Shown here piece after piece: positions 1-9,345 of a stretch of 64,000 bases of DNA. Positions within the stretch are counted from its first letter, which is position 1. Every line of letters starts with the position of its first letter. This stretch comes from Dehalococcoidia bacterium. Lineage in GTDB: Bacteria; Chloroflexota; Dehalococcoidia; Lucifugimonadales; Lucifugimonadaceae. The stretch lies in assembly GCA_965200145.1 (NCBI GenBank), contig CBDATG010000002.1, positions 891,461 through 955,460 on the forward strand, in the 5' to 3' direction. Under the pieces are notes generated by a model that saw nothing but the letters and a program-made list of their open reading frames with translations, had not been told where the DNA came from and searched no databases. The position numbers were made by a program, and so were the translations under genes.

Positions 1-299
1 GACTTGACGTACGAACCCGCAACCAATTTCCCGATTATCCCGACCTGTCCGCCGGACGCGGACTGTCCAGCATCACCCAGCGTTGAAGCAACCTCGTCAA
101 CTTCAAGATACTGCGTCGTAGCCTCATTGAACGCGTAAACCGCCAAGTAGCCAATGCCAGCGAGGAATATCAGCGCGACTGCGATTACCTTCGCCTTGCC
201 ACTCAACAATACGGTCGATTTCGCTTCGGAACCCGTGACGCGCGGAGGTCGAGTTTCGGAAACGATCGGTCCAGTGGTTTCGCTAGGTACCTTCGCCAT
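1..299 (-). CDS. ccmE: Cytochrome c maturation heme chaperone CcmE, 5' part (gene runs off the left edge)
   Basis: The minus-strand frame is open from ATG 299-297 to the window edge. It is absent from the ORF track because there is no stop in the window. Translation MAKVPSETTGPIVSE...GKAKVIAVALIFLAGIGYLAVYAFNEATTQYLEVDEV...GQVGIIGKLVAGSYVK shows a basic stretch, one TM helix, a Y-x-x-V-D-E-V motif and a G-x-V/L-x-x-GS pattern, as in CcmE N-termini. It follows ccmABC-D directly and overlaps the upstream stop by 17 nt. Confidence 0.65.
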   Translation of the reverse strand, partial: MAKVPSETTGPIVSETRPPRVTGSEAKSTVLLSGKAKVIAVALIFLAGIGYLAVYAFNEATTQYLEVDEVASTLGDAGQSASGGQVGIIGKLVAGSYVK

Positions 300-828
300 C
301 CCTTGTTGAACCCCGCGACTCGCGCAGCTGAACTATTTCCTGCGACAACGACCGATGCCGCTGTCCCAAATACAACACGTATGCGACGAGAGCCAACCAA
401 CCGATGGCGAACGCCGCGAACAGATATCCCAGATTAGACGAAATCGAAACCGGACGAGCCTGAACCACCGACAACGCGACACCAGCTGAAGACTCGATCG
501 TTATTCGTTGCTGCCGTCGTTGCTGGTCTTCTACGCGCCTCAAGGCTTCGGTAAGGTCCGTCGCACCGTCAGACGAAACCCAACGGTCACCAACCGCATT
601 TTCCAAACCGAACGATGTCTCGCCCGTGACATCAAACTCCAACATGTTGCCGTCCGAAGTCACCAGTCGGATACCAGATAGACCGCCGGATTCAGACCTG
701 TCAACGCCAATCACCACGCCTGTCGTGATATCCGCGTCCTGAGCGCGTGCCATCACGTTGAACAGTGCGACCAATCCTACGGCGACCACCAATGGCATGA
801 CGGTCAATGCGACCCTGACCCGCGTCAT
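283..828 (-). CDS. CcmD-family C-terminal membrane segment fused to a ~130-aa N-terminal secreted/anchored domain of unknown function
   Basis: 181-aa ORF. The N-terminal hydrophobic signal/anchor is MTRVRVALTVMPLVVAVGLVALF. The C-terminus NLGYLFAAFAIGWLALVAYVLYLGQRHRSLSQEIVQLRE looks like the short CcmD-type heme exporter subunit. An ATGA start/stop overlap with ccmC indicates translational coupling. Confidence 0.6.
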   Translation of the reverse strand: MTRVRVALTVMPLVVAVGLVALFNVMARAQDADITTGVVIGVDRSESGGLSGIRLVTSDGNMLEFDVTGETSFGLENAVGDRWVSSDGATDLTEALRRVEDQQRRQQRITIESSAGVALSVVQARPVSISSNLGYLFAAFAIGWLALVAYVLYLGQRHRSLSQEIVQLRESRGSTRDGEGT

Positions 829-1631
829 GCCTGCGCCACTTCCGGCGACATCCGCCCGGCTGTCAACTCATCTAACTCTTCCTCCAACCTTCCGAGTCCC
901 AACCGCTCAACCAAGATCGAAAGGAATAACAGAGTGAACGCGATCACACTCACCAGCAACGTCAACCCAATCTGCGCCGCTACCGCACTCTCGTCGTCTG
1001 CCAACGGACCCACCACCGCGGGCGGATGAGACTCTTGGAACAGGATCGACGCGTAGTAAATTATCGGCGTGTCAATTGCGCCCAAAATCGCAATGATCGC
1101 AGATATCCTGCGCCGTTGGTCACCCGGCGGAAAGTAGGCGCGGAACATCAAGTAAGCCACATAAATCAAGAACAAGATCAGCGCTGTAGTCAGCTTCGCC
1201 TCGCCAGTCCACCACACTAACCACACAGGACGCGCCCAGACTATCCCAGAAACAAGCATCACCGCGCCGAACACCAACCCAACCTCAGCCACTGAGACTG
1301 CCCGGCGGTCCCACTTCGCATCACGCGTCCGCAGATACATCACGCTCGCGAACGCAACTACGACGATCGCTACCATCGACACCCAAGCCACCGGCACATG
1401 CAGATACAAGATACGTTGCACAGCTCCTTGACTCACATCCGTCGGAACCCAGCGGAACATCATCCACAAGGCTACCAACATCGCGACCAGCGTTACTGAG
1501 TGCAGCACGCGTCGTGATTTGATCGGACCTAGAGTCAAGTGACCGGCAACCCTTCGTTTTGCATCACAATACTTGCGCCGTGTCATCCATATCCGATCAC
1601 AACGAATCAGTATACCACCGCTTGAAATCAC
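825..1631 (-). CDS. ccmC: Heme exporter / cytochrome c assembly protein CcmC
   Basis: Polytopic membrane protein with QGAVQRILYLHVPVAW (conserved His) and a Trp-rich loop WARPVWLVWWTGEAKLTT resembling the CcmC WGxxWxWDxRLT motif. The true start may be the internal Met at 1586 (MTRRKY...). Confidence 0.85.
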   Translation of the reverse strand: MISSGGILIRCDRIWMTRRKYCDAKRRVAGHLTLGPIKSRRVLHSVTLVAMLVALWMMFRWVPTDVSQGAVQRILYLHVPVAWVSMVAIVVVAFASVMYLRTRDAKWDRRAVSVAEVGLVFGAVMLVSGIVWARPVWLVWWTGEAKLTTALILFLIYVAYLMFRAYFPPGDQRRRISAIIAILGAIDTPIIYYASILFQESHPPAVVGPLADDESAVAAQIGLTLLVSVIAFTLLFLSILVERLGLGRLEEELDELTAGRMSPEVAQA

Positions 1632-1691
1632 CCACGACCTCGTACATATCCACCCGATCAGCGCGAACTAACCTGGACCAGGTATGTAAGC

Positions 1692-2366
1692 CTACTCTTC
1701 GAGGGCGTAAGGGAATAACAACGCCGAGCCGATTACGAACACCACATCATAAGCCAACGCCATCAACATCCAGGTGCCGTAGTCCTGCCATCCTCCGCCG
1801 GACAACGTCCCCGATGTGATCTCCACTGCCGCGAGCAGCAGAGGTGACGTCAACGGCAAAAACATCATCGGGAGTAATGTCTCACGCGCCCTCACCTTCA
1901 GCGTCATCGTCGAGAACAACGTGCCGACACCACTGAAGCCTATGATCAACAGAATCCCCGTAACAACGAGCTCCCAGCGCAATACGTTCGCGTCGTAGAA
2001 AAGCGCATACAGCACCAATATCGCCAAGAGACTCAACATCAGAAATGCCGCATTCCCGATAGTCTTGCCCAGCCAGATCAACTCACGCGAAACTGGTGCC
2101 AACATAACCAACGGAGTAGAACCACCATCCGTCTCATGTCCCGCTGAACGTGCCAGTCCGATCACACCGCTGAACGCAAACGCCGCCCATACGACTCCGG
2201 GACCAACCAATGCGGCAGTTGCACGGCTCGTGCCGATCGATATCGCAAACAGGGCGATTACGAGCGTGGCGAAAAGGACGGCGGAAAGTACCACATCTCG
2301 GTTGCGCGACTCCAAGCGAAAATCCTTCGCCACCAGAGTCCACAACACCCGAACAGTCGCAGACAT
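1692..2366 (-). CDS. ccmB: Heme exporter permease CcmB
   Basis: MSATVRVLWTLVAKDFRLESRNRDVVLSAVLF... is a typical CcmB N-terminus followed by about 6 TM segments. I chose the start at 2366 because it forms an ATGA overlap with the ccmA stop. The longer ORF-track start at 2480 would run 115 nt into ccmA. Confidence 0.8.
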   Translation of the reverse strand: MSATVRVLWTLVAKDFRLESRNRDVVLSAVLFATLVIALFAISIGTSRATAALVGPGVVWAAFAFSGVIGLARSAGHETDGGSTPLVMLAPVSRELIWLGKTIGNAAFLMLSLLAILVLYALFYDANVLRWELVVTGILLIIGFSGVGTLFSTMTLKVRARETLLPMMFLPLTSPLLLAAVEITSGTLSGGGWQDYGTWMLMALAYDVVFVIGSALLFPYALEE

Positions 2367-3070
2367 CAGCCGCCAGCCTGCGCAAAATCCTCGCGCGTCA
2401 ACCTGCCAGCTGCAAGCCGATAGAAACGCGTCCCAACGCGCCGCGCGAAATCGGCATCGTGCGTTGAAATCAAGCAACAACCTCCACGATCTAGTACCGA
2501 CCGCACCAACTCAACTACAGTTCGCAGCGACGAGTCGTCAAGTCCTGTCCCTGGTTCGTCCAGTACCAACACTCGCGGACTGTGCATCACCGACACCGCC
2601 AGTCCTACCCGTTTCCGTAAACCGTGCGATAACACCCTGACACGACTATCCATCAGATGTTCAACGCGCACATTGCTCGCAACGGATTTAACCCGCGCGT
2701 CAACGTCGTCCAGTCGGCACAGTCTTCCGAACAACTCAAGATTCTCTCTAACCGTCAACTCTGAGTAGACCGAAGGCTCGTGTAGCAGCACCCCCGTGTG
2801 AACCCGGACCGCGGCCGCATCCGACACAGTTGAATAACCGCAAACCGACACCGAACCAGATGTCGGCGACATCACCGTTGACACCACCTTCAGTAAGGTG
2901 GTCTTACCAGAACCGTTCGTACCGAACAGAACTGCCGACTCGCCGGCAGCGACTTCCAACGAAACGTCAACTAGGGCCCGTGTTCTACCGAACACTTTGC
3001 TCACGCCGACAGCCGATATCAGCGGCGCGCCATCTCGGGTCGCCACTTCAGTGTCGGTGCCCCACACCAT
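2366..3070 (-). CDS. ccmA: Heme exporter ABC ATPase CcmA
   Basis: Walker A GTNGSGKTTLLK, signature-like LSHGLRKRVGLA, Walker B VLVLDEPGTGLD. It lies first in the ccm gene order. Confidence 0.8.
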   Translation of the reverse strand: MVWGTDTEVATRDGAPLISAVGVSKVFGRTRALVDVSLEVAAGESAVLFGTNGSGKTTLLKVVSTVMSPTSGSVSVCGYSTVSDAAAVRVHTGVLLHEPSVYSELTVRENLELFGRLCRLDDVDARVKSVASNVRVEHLMDSRVRVLSHGLRKRVGLAVSVMHSPRVLVLDEPGTGLDDSSLRTVVELVRSVLDRGGCCLISTHDADFARRVGTRFYRLAAGRLTREDFAQAGG

Positions 3071-4220
3071 ACGACGAGCGATGGCGAGCGTTGTTCAACG
3101 AAACTCGGCGACCCGACCGGACCGTCTCAACAGGTATCAGCATCCTCTTGGCAGTGCGAGTAGCCCCCTCCGCATCCATCAGCTCGTACCTGCCTTCGAC
3201 GAGTTTCAACACCGAAACATCCGCCTCAGCACCGACCTTCAACGTACCTAGTTGGTTTGGCAACCCTGCCGCCGTTGCGGGATTCGTCGTAGCAAATGAG
3301 ATGACATCTGACAGCTCATATCCAAGATGCAAATACTTCGACAGAGTCGTCGCGAGGTCAAACACAGGACCGTTCACGTTGTACTTGTGAACATCCGAGC
3401 TCACCGTCCCAGGGCTGTAACCCTGCTCTGCGAAACGCTCTGCAACATCGAACGAGAACGATCCTGCACCATGACCAACATCAAACACAACGCCGCGATC
3501 CATAGCGTCTAAAGCGACATCGATCACCTTCCCATCGCTGTCCAATATCCCCCGTGGTCTCCCGGTAAAGCTGTGCGTGACGATGTCACCAGGGCGTAGT
3601 TGCTCCAGATACCGCTCCACGGGATTCGCAGTGCCGCCGATGTGAATCATCACCGGCTTACCCAGCAACTCAGCCGCCGCCAACGCACGCTCCAGTGCAA
3701 TCAAGTCATTAGTGCCAAGTATCGCCTCCGACAAGCGAACCTTGATGCCGACGATCGTCTCAGGGTATTGGCGGGCGATCTCGACCGCGTGCTCAACCCG
3801 AGCCCAACGAATATCCTCCAACTCGCCTATCTCGTTATCAAGCTGTCCCATCCCCGATATGTGCAGGAATGCCAGCACCCGCGTCTGCGCCTGGTCAATC
3901 ACATACCGTTGAAAACCCGCCATCGTATTCGCCCCTGCAGAACCCGCATCAACCGCCGTCGTTACTCCGCGTTGCACACTCACGCTGTCAGCCTCCACCG
4001 CCAGGTGCGCAACTCCCCACCATACATGCGTATGCAAATCAACAAGACCCGGCGTGACGACTAAACCGTCCGCCTCGATCACATCTCGCGCCCGACCATC
4101 GCCAATCGAACGCTCCAATCCGGTAACTTTCCCATTCGTAATACCGACATCCAACACCGCATGGACACCCTGAGACGGATCAATAACCATCCCATCTTTA
4201 ATGACAATGTCGTACTCCAT
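3048..4220 (-). CDS. Metal-dependent amidohydrolase (dihydroorotase/deacetylase-like)
   Basis: N-terminus MEYDIVIKDGMVIDPSQG, metal motif GLVDLHTHVW, and later HIGG and DVGHG motifs typical of the amidohydrolase superfamily. Confidence 0.75.
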   Translation of the reverse strand: MEYDIVIKDGMVIDPSQGVHAVLDVGITNGKVTGLERSIGDGRARDVIEADGLVVTPGLVDLHTHVWWGVAHLAVEADSVSVQRGVTTAVDAGSAGANTMAGFQRYVIDQAQTRVLAFLHISGMGQLDNEIGELEDIRWARVEHAVEIARQYPETIVGIKVRLSEAILGTNDLIALERALAAAELLGKPVMIHIGGTANPVERYLEQLRPGDIVTHSFTGRPRGILDSDGKVIDVALDAMDRGVVFDVGHGAGSFSFDVAERFAEQGYSPGTVSSDVHKYNVNGPVFDLATTLSKYLHLGYELSDVISFATTNPATAAGLPNQLGTLKVGAEADVSVLKLVEGRYELMDAEGATRTAKRMLIPVETVRSGRRVSLNNARHRSSYGVGHRH

Positions 4221-4259
4221 ACTTTACCTCCTAGTGCACAGACCAATGTCAGCAGCGCC

Positions 4260-5861
4260 CTAATCGTCAAAGTCCCTGATGACGCGGCCGTGCGTCGACC
4301 CTGTAGGTTCACCGTCTGCAAGTGCCAGCTCGCCGTTGACGAGTACGAACTCCATGCCGGACGAATACTGATGCGGATCGGTAAACGTCGCGTGCTGCTT
4401 GATGTTCGCAGGGTCAAACACCAACACATCCGCAATCATCCCCGGCTGCAATCTACCACGGCGCGTCAGTCCCATACGGTCCGCCGGCAAGCCGGTCATC
4501 TTGTAGACCGCTTCGGGAAACGTCACGAATCCTCGTTGATTGACGAACGTCTCGATGTATCTCGAATTCGTGGCATAGCTGCGAGGATGAGGTTTCCCAG
4601 ACGACAACGGTCCAACGGTTCGCAGTGAGTTGCCATCCGAACACACCGCCATCAATCTCCAGCGCGCTATAGTCTCAACATCAACATCCTCCATCGAATG
4701 CAACACATACGAGCCTTCCGATTCCTCATACAGCCTCAACGCCGCCTCTGCCGGGTCGCATCCCAGCTCATGGCCTATCTCCTCAAGGTTCATTCCCTCA
4801 AACTCGGTATTCGCAGGAAAATGTGCTACGACAGAACCAACCGCGCCGTGATTCCGGCTGATGTAGTACTCCGTGTCCTCACGCATCTTCGCACGCAAAT
4901 CCGCGTCCTGCAATCGCTCAAGTGTCGCATCGCGGCCGCCAGTCAATGACCAACGCGCGAACATCGCACCACTGAAACCGGTGCTCGACCATGAGTAAGG
5001 ATACTGATCGCCGGCAACATCTATGCCCTCGCTGATCGCACGCTCAAATCCCTCCAACAACTCATGACCTCGCCCCCAGAACTTCGGACCTACTGCCTTG
5101 ACATGTGAGACCTGAACCTTGACACCGGTGCGCCTTCCGATCTCAATCGCCTCAGCGTGCGCCGGGAAGATGCCACATAGATCATCCGCCTCAGAGCGAA
5201 TGTGTGACGAGTACAGCTTCCCGCGATCCGCCGCCGGCTGTGCAAACGCTATTACCTCATCAGTTAGCGAATACGATCCCGGTGCATACCACAATCCGGT
5301 CGCAACTCCCATCGCGCCAGCATCTAGTGCGTCCGCCGTAAGCGAAACGATCTCGGTTAGCTCGTCCAAAGTCGGTCCGCGATTCTCCATGCCCATGACA
5401 GCGGCGCGCACCGTGCCATGACCGACCTGCGTCGCAACATTGATCGTTGAACCACACGCCTCCAGCGCATCGAGGTAACCGCCGAAGCTGCTCCACGTGA
5501 CCTCGAAACGCCCCTCGCCGCCACGCTGCACGCGCTCATCCAACTGCCGCCTAGACTCTCCACGCAATGGCGCGCAGTAACTCATGCCGCAATTTCCCAT
5601 CAACTCAAGCGTCACCCCTTGACGAAGCTTCGAATCGGCAAGGTTATCGATGAGGAAAGAGGCATCCGAGTGTGTATGTAGATCAATGAACCCCGGCGTT
5701 ACTGCCTTCCCAGTCGCGTCGATACACGACGCGGCGCTCGCGTCTGACAAGTCGCCAATCGCAACGATCGCGTCGCCATTGATGCCCACATCGGCGACAT
5801 ACGGCTCCGAACCGCTCCCGTCGTAGACGTTACCTGACGTTATCTTGATGTCCAGTTTCAT
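4260..5861 (-). CDS. N-acyl-D-amino-acid deacylase (D-aminoacylase) family amidohydrolase
   Basis: MKLDIKITSGNVYDGSG, GFIDLHTHSD and C-terminal GMIADVLVFDP are hallmarks of the D-aminoacylase family. Start set at Met 5861, which has GGGGA 7 nt upstream. The ORF track extends the ORF to 5882. Confidence 0.8.
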   Translation of the reverse strand: MKLDIKITSGNVYDGSGSEPYVADVGINGDAIVAIGDLSDASAASCIDATGKAVTPGFIDLHTHSDASFLIDNLADSKLRQGVTLELMGNCGMSYCAPLRGESRRQLDERVQRGGEGRFEVTWSSFGGYLDALEACGSTINVATQVGHGTVRAAVMGMENRGPTLDELTEIVSLTADALDAGAMGVATGLWYAPGSYSLTDEVIAFAQPAADRGKLYSSHIRSEADDLCGIFPAHAEAIEIGRRTGVKVQVSHVKAVGPKFWGRGHELLEGFERAISEGIDVAGDQYPYSWSSTGFSGAMFARWSLTGGRDATLERLQDADLRAKMREDTEYYISRNHGAVGSVVAHFPANTEFEGMNLEEIGHELGCDPAEAALRLYEESEGSYVLHSMEDVDVETIARWRLMAVCSDGNSLRTVGPLSSGKPHPRSYATNSRYIETFVNQRGFVTFPEAVYKMTGLPADRMGLTRRGRLQPGMIADVLVFDPANIKQHATFTDPHQYSSGMEFVLVNGELALADGEPTGSTHGRVIRDFDD

Positions 5862-6021
5862 ACTGCGTCCCCTAGGCGGCATCTCGTTCCGGCAGTTACC
5901 CTGCGGAATGTTCCAGTTCCTTTGCGATAATCATTGCAGTGTCATACACTCGCTTCATGCGCGCCTTACCGCGCGTTGCGAACCGATAAATCATCCAGCA
6001 GTCATTCAGGGCAGGCCTATT

Positions 6022-6792
6022 GTGAAGTATGTGAGATTCCAGAGCGGAAGCACCGTTGCTTACGGAATTGTAGAAGGAGACAACGTAAAGCAAATATCGA
6101 ACTCGCCAATCGGTATGGACTACACAGAAACCGGCGTCACCCACGCGCTCGCCGATGTCAAAATCCTAGCACCAAACCCAAACCCCGTTAAGATGCTATG
6201 CCTAGCCCGAAACTACAGGTCGCACCTGTTGGGTGCTCAGGAACCCACGCGGCCAGAACCCTTCTACAAAACTCCAACAGCAATCATCGGTCCGGGCGAC
6301 GCGATCAGAATCACCCAAGACGCCGGACTAGTCGTGTGTGAGTCCGAGCTCGTCGCAATCATCGGCAAACACGCCAAGAACGTTACCGAACAGGATGCCC
6401 TCAACTACGTTTTCGGATACACCGCCGGCAACGACGTCAGCGCGAGGGAGTGGCAAGGGGGACCGGATGCCGACACACAGTGGTGGCGCGCAAAATCCGC
6501 CGACACCTTCGGGCCAACCGGACCCTTCATCGTGACGGACATCGATCCGCAAGACGTCAAGATTCGCGGATTGGTAAACGGCGTTGAAGGACAGAAATGT
6601 CACTCATCAGAAATGATCTTCACCGTCGCTCAGGCGATCGCATTCATCTCCAAGTACGTAACGTTGGAGGTCGGAGACATGCTATGGACTGGCACATCGG
6701 GGACAACGCCGCCCATTAACGTCGGCGGCGACGTCACAGTCGAAATCGATGCCATCGGCGTTCTGCACAACACCGTCGAAGCCGCCGATTGA
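6022..6792 (+). CDS. Fumarylacetoacetate hydrolase (FAH) family protein
   Basis: VKYVRFQSGSTVAYGIVEGD..., KMLCLARNYRSH, ESELVAIIGK, GYTAGNDVSAREWQ and a C-terminal GD...TGT pattern are typical of the FAH/2-keto-4-pentenoate hydratase family. I prefer the GTG start at 6022 because the track start at 5845 would overlap the divergent D-aminoacylase gene. Confidence 0.8.
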   Translation: MKYVRFQSGSTVAYGIVEGDNVKQISNSPIGMDYTETGVTHALADVKILAPNPNPVKMLCLARNYRSHLLGAQEPTRPEPFYKTPTAIIGPGDAIRITQDAGLVVCESELVAIIGKHAKNVTEQDALNYVFGYTAGNDVSAREWQGGPDADTQWWRAKSADTFGPTGPFIVTDIDPQDVKIRGLVNGVEGQKCHSSEMIFTVAQAIAFISKYVTLEVGDMLWTGTSGTTPPINVGGDVTVEIDAIGVLHNTVEAAD

Positions 6793-6867
6793 ACCCGCTC
6801 CATCCAGCAGTGCACGCCGCGCGAGGTGCTAGAATCACGGTTTTACACTCCTGCTCCAAACAGTGCC

Positions 6868-7494
6868 ATGCCTGACATTGCAATAGCAACTGCGGTGAGC
6901 TTCGCTATCGGCGCAATCCCTGCCGCATACCTCATCGGCAAACTAAACGGCATCAACGTCTTCGAGGTCGGCACCAAGCAGGCCGGCGCGACAAACATCC
7001 TCAAGACAGTTAACCGAAGAGCGGGGTTGATCGTATTCGTGCTGGACGCAGGCAAAGGAGTCGCGACGATCTACATCTCCCAGACCGTCTTCAACATCGA
7101 CATATCATGGCTCTGGTTACCGTCCGCCGCCACCGTCATGGGACACTGGAACTCGCCACTAACAAAGTTCCGCGGCGGCGACGGTGTGGCAAGCCTCTTC
7201 GGAGTCACCGCCGGCATTTTCGGACTAGCCTTCCTACTGCCAACATTGGCAATCGGTGTAACCATGTACATCGTCCGTTTCTACCGCGCACATCCTTCAT
7301 TCTGGGGCGGTATAGCAGGACTCACATCGTTAGGAATCGTCCTCGCCATCACCGACGGCCGATTCACCCGCGATGAGTTTACCGCTTACGCCGGGATAAT
7401 CGTCCTATCCGCGCTCGTATTGGCGAAGAGCGTCAGTCACCACCGCCGACACGGCCCGTTCTTCACCGAGGACGTAGAACCAAGCGTGAGCTAG
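6868..7494 (+). CDS. plsY: Glycerol-3-phosphate acyltransferase PlsY
   Basis: AIGAIPAAYLIGKLNGINVFEVGTKQAGATNILKT...LDAGKG matches the PlsY pattern (GS-IP...G-(S/T)-x-N-x-GATN). Multi-TM protein. The start is uncertain between 6826 (GTG) and 6868 (ATG). Confidence 0.8.
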   Translation: MPDIAIATAVSFAIGAIPAAYLIGKLNGINVFEVGTKQAGATNILKTVNRRAGLIVFVLDAGKGVATIYISQTVFNIDISWLWLPSAATVMGHWNSPLTKFRGGDGVASLFGVTAGIFGLAFLLPTLAIGVTMYIVRFYRAHPSFWGGIAGLTSLGIVLAITDGRFTRDEFTAYAGIIVLSALVLAKSVSHHRRHGPFFTEDVEPSVS

Positions 7495-9173
7495 TCGACG
7501 GCTGTTGTACCGCCGTCGGAACCAGTCGCCGATAGGCGCTCAGACGAATCAACCCGGGACTGTGAACTGATTCGCTCCCATCGCAACTTCGCCCAGGTCA
7601 TCCGATTCACGAATCCCTCCGCCACTTCGCGTCGGAGCGCCTCCGTCTCAATCAAACCCTGTTCAAATGCGATATCGATCGTCGCCTCAGGTGTAAGCTC
7701 CGCTCCTTTGTTCGAGTTGCAAATCGAACATGCCAACGCCCGATTCCAACAGTCATCGTTCGAACCATCTCGCTGATTACGCTCAACATGGTCAAGGTGA
7801 ATCTCGCGCCGGTCCTCAACCTTCCGAGTACCGCAATACCAACACCTAGCTCCCCATTCCTGAATAAAGGCATCCCAAATCTCTTGACCTGTTTCCAACG
7901 GACGCTGGCGATAGCGGACGACGGGTCGAGGCTCATGGACAGGTAACTCCAAAGGCTCGTCTAACGCAGACCGCACCGGCAGCTGATTCGGACCGCGCAC
8001 CCGAATCGTCCGTCCAGCCGTCGTCAACTTCGGCTCAACCTTCGATCCATTGCCATCTGCATCGATCTCACCCTCCGTGACGATGCCCAAGTCCGGATGC
8101 TTGTGGAACTGTCGCCGAACCACCGTCCAAGCACGCGGAGACATATCGCAGGCTATCCAGCGACGACCAGTGATCTGCGCCGCCACAGGGACATACGCAC
8201 AACCAGCGAAACAGTCCAACACGATATCACCAATACCCGTACTTGCCTCGATGATGCGTCGAGCCAATGCCTGGGGCTTCTGCGTCGGATATCCCGTCAG
8301 TTCCACACTGGTCGAGTTCTGCTGGAACGACATGATGTCATCCCAAACGTCCGTCAGAGGCACGCCCTTCGACTCGTCAAGGTACTGCCGCCTACCACCC
8401 GGACGATCATCCCGGTACCGCCTGCCGTCGCCGTCGACTTTCTTGAACCGCGCGAGGTAAGCATCCGAGTATCCCTTGAAAGTCTTGTTGAAGACGCATC
8501 GCGCCCTGTCCTTCGAGTAGTAAAGAATCGTTTCGTGGCTTCGCACGAAGTTGTCCGCCGCACTCTTGAAACCAGAAGCAGTCTTGAGACTCCAAATCAA
8601 CTCACGCCGAAAGTTCTCCGGACCGAAAACCGCATCCATCATCTGGCGCAAGTAGGCATTAGCCTCATGGTCGCAATGCAGATACACACTCCCGGTTGAC
8701 TTGAGCACGCGCCTAACCTCCAGCATGCGCTCAACCATGAACGCTACGTACGCCGCGGTGCTCTCACTGTGAGTCCGTAACGCAGACTCGATTAACCACC
8801 AAGCACCGGGACACGACTCCTTAAGCGTCTTATACCAATCGGGAAACACCCGGACACGGAAGCTCCAAATATCGTCGAACTTCGCAGTCGTACCTGTCTG
8901 ATCAGGAAACTCCAAGCCGAATTCGTACGCCGTCGCAACATCGTAAATACCCCACGAAGACATCAACTCCTGCTCAGCACGCTGTTCATCCGCCGTCAGC
9001 GGAGGCTTCAGCGTACCTTCAAACGTCTGACGCTTCCCAAACGGCGGATCAATGCAAACCAAGTCAATACTTTCGCTATCAAGCGATTTGAGAAACGGCA
9101 GGTTGTCGCTAATGAAAACCGTGCCATCAAGCGAATCTGTGTTGACTTCCGACATCGAATCAATTGCCAACAA
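7491..9173 (-). CDS. Beta-class N4/N6 DNA methyltransferase fused to a C-terminal HNH nuclease domain
   Basis: Catalytic motif IV LVCIDPPFGK lies near the N-terminus and SAM motif I VLDCFAGCAYVPVAA at about aa 320 (beta-class order). The C-terminal HNH is CWYCG...HLDHVERNQRDGSNDDCWNRALACSICNSNKG. The track start is TTG 9173; an alternative ATG lies at 9155. Confidence 0.8.
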   Translation of the reverse strand: MLAIDSMSEVNTDSLDGTVFISDNLPFLKSLDSESIDLVCIDPPFGKRQTFEGTLKPPLTADEQRAEQELMSSWGIYDVATAYEFGLEFPDQTGTTAKFDDIWSFRVRVFPDWYKTLKESCPGAWWLIESALRTHSESTAAYVAFMVERMLEVRRVLKSTGSVYLHCDHEANAYLRQMMDAVFGPENFRRELIWSLKTASGFKSAADNFVRSHETILYYSKDRARCVFNKTFKGYSDAYLARFKKVDGDGRRYRDDRPGGRRQYLDESKGVPLTDVWDDIMSFQQNSTSVELTGYPTQKPQALARRIIEASTGIGDIVLDCFAGCAYVPVAAQITGRRWIACDMSPRAWTVVRRQFHKHPDLGIVTEGEIDADGNGSKVEPKLTTAGRTIRVRGPNQLPVRSALDEPLELPVHEPRPVVRYRQRPLETGQEIWDAFIQEWGARCWYCGTRKVEDRREIHLDHVERNQRDGSNDDCWNRALACSICNSNKGAELTPEATIDIAFEQGLIETEALRREVAEGFVNRMTWAKLRWERISSQSRVDSSERLSATGSDGGTTAVD

Positions 9174-9345
9174 TCCCTAATCGGACTTAACGCAGCACAT
9201 CATGCGCGACCAACCGTGATTGTCGCGCAAACATCACCCCTTTCGCAATGGCGGCGTGTCACATCCCACAAGTTACAGACGAAAGAGAATCCGCCCGTCG
9301 TGTGCAACAACCGCACCTAGAATTCGCCGCGCCGAATCACCCACC

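Noticed and set aside
5845-6021. N-terminal 59-codon extension of the FAH-family ORF as drawn in the track.
   Set aside because: It would overlap the divergently transcribed D-aminoacylase start, and the extension has no similarity to FAH proteins. The homologous region starts at VKYVRF (GTG 6022).
9204-9228. GC hairpin GCGCGAC-N11-GTCGCGC between korB and the MTase-HNH gene, considered as an intrinsic terminator.
   Set aside because: No U-tract follows it on the transcribed (minus) strand. A single 7-bp stem in GC-rich DNA is not enough, so its function cannot be assigned.
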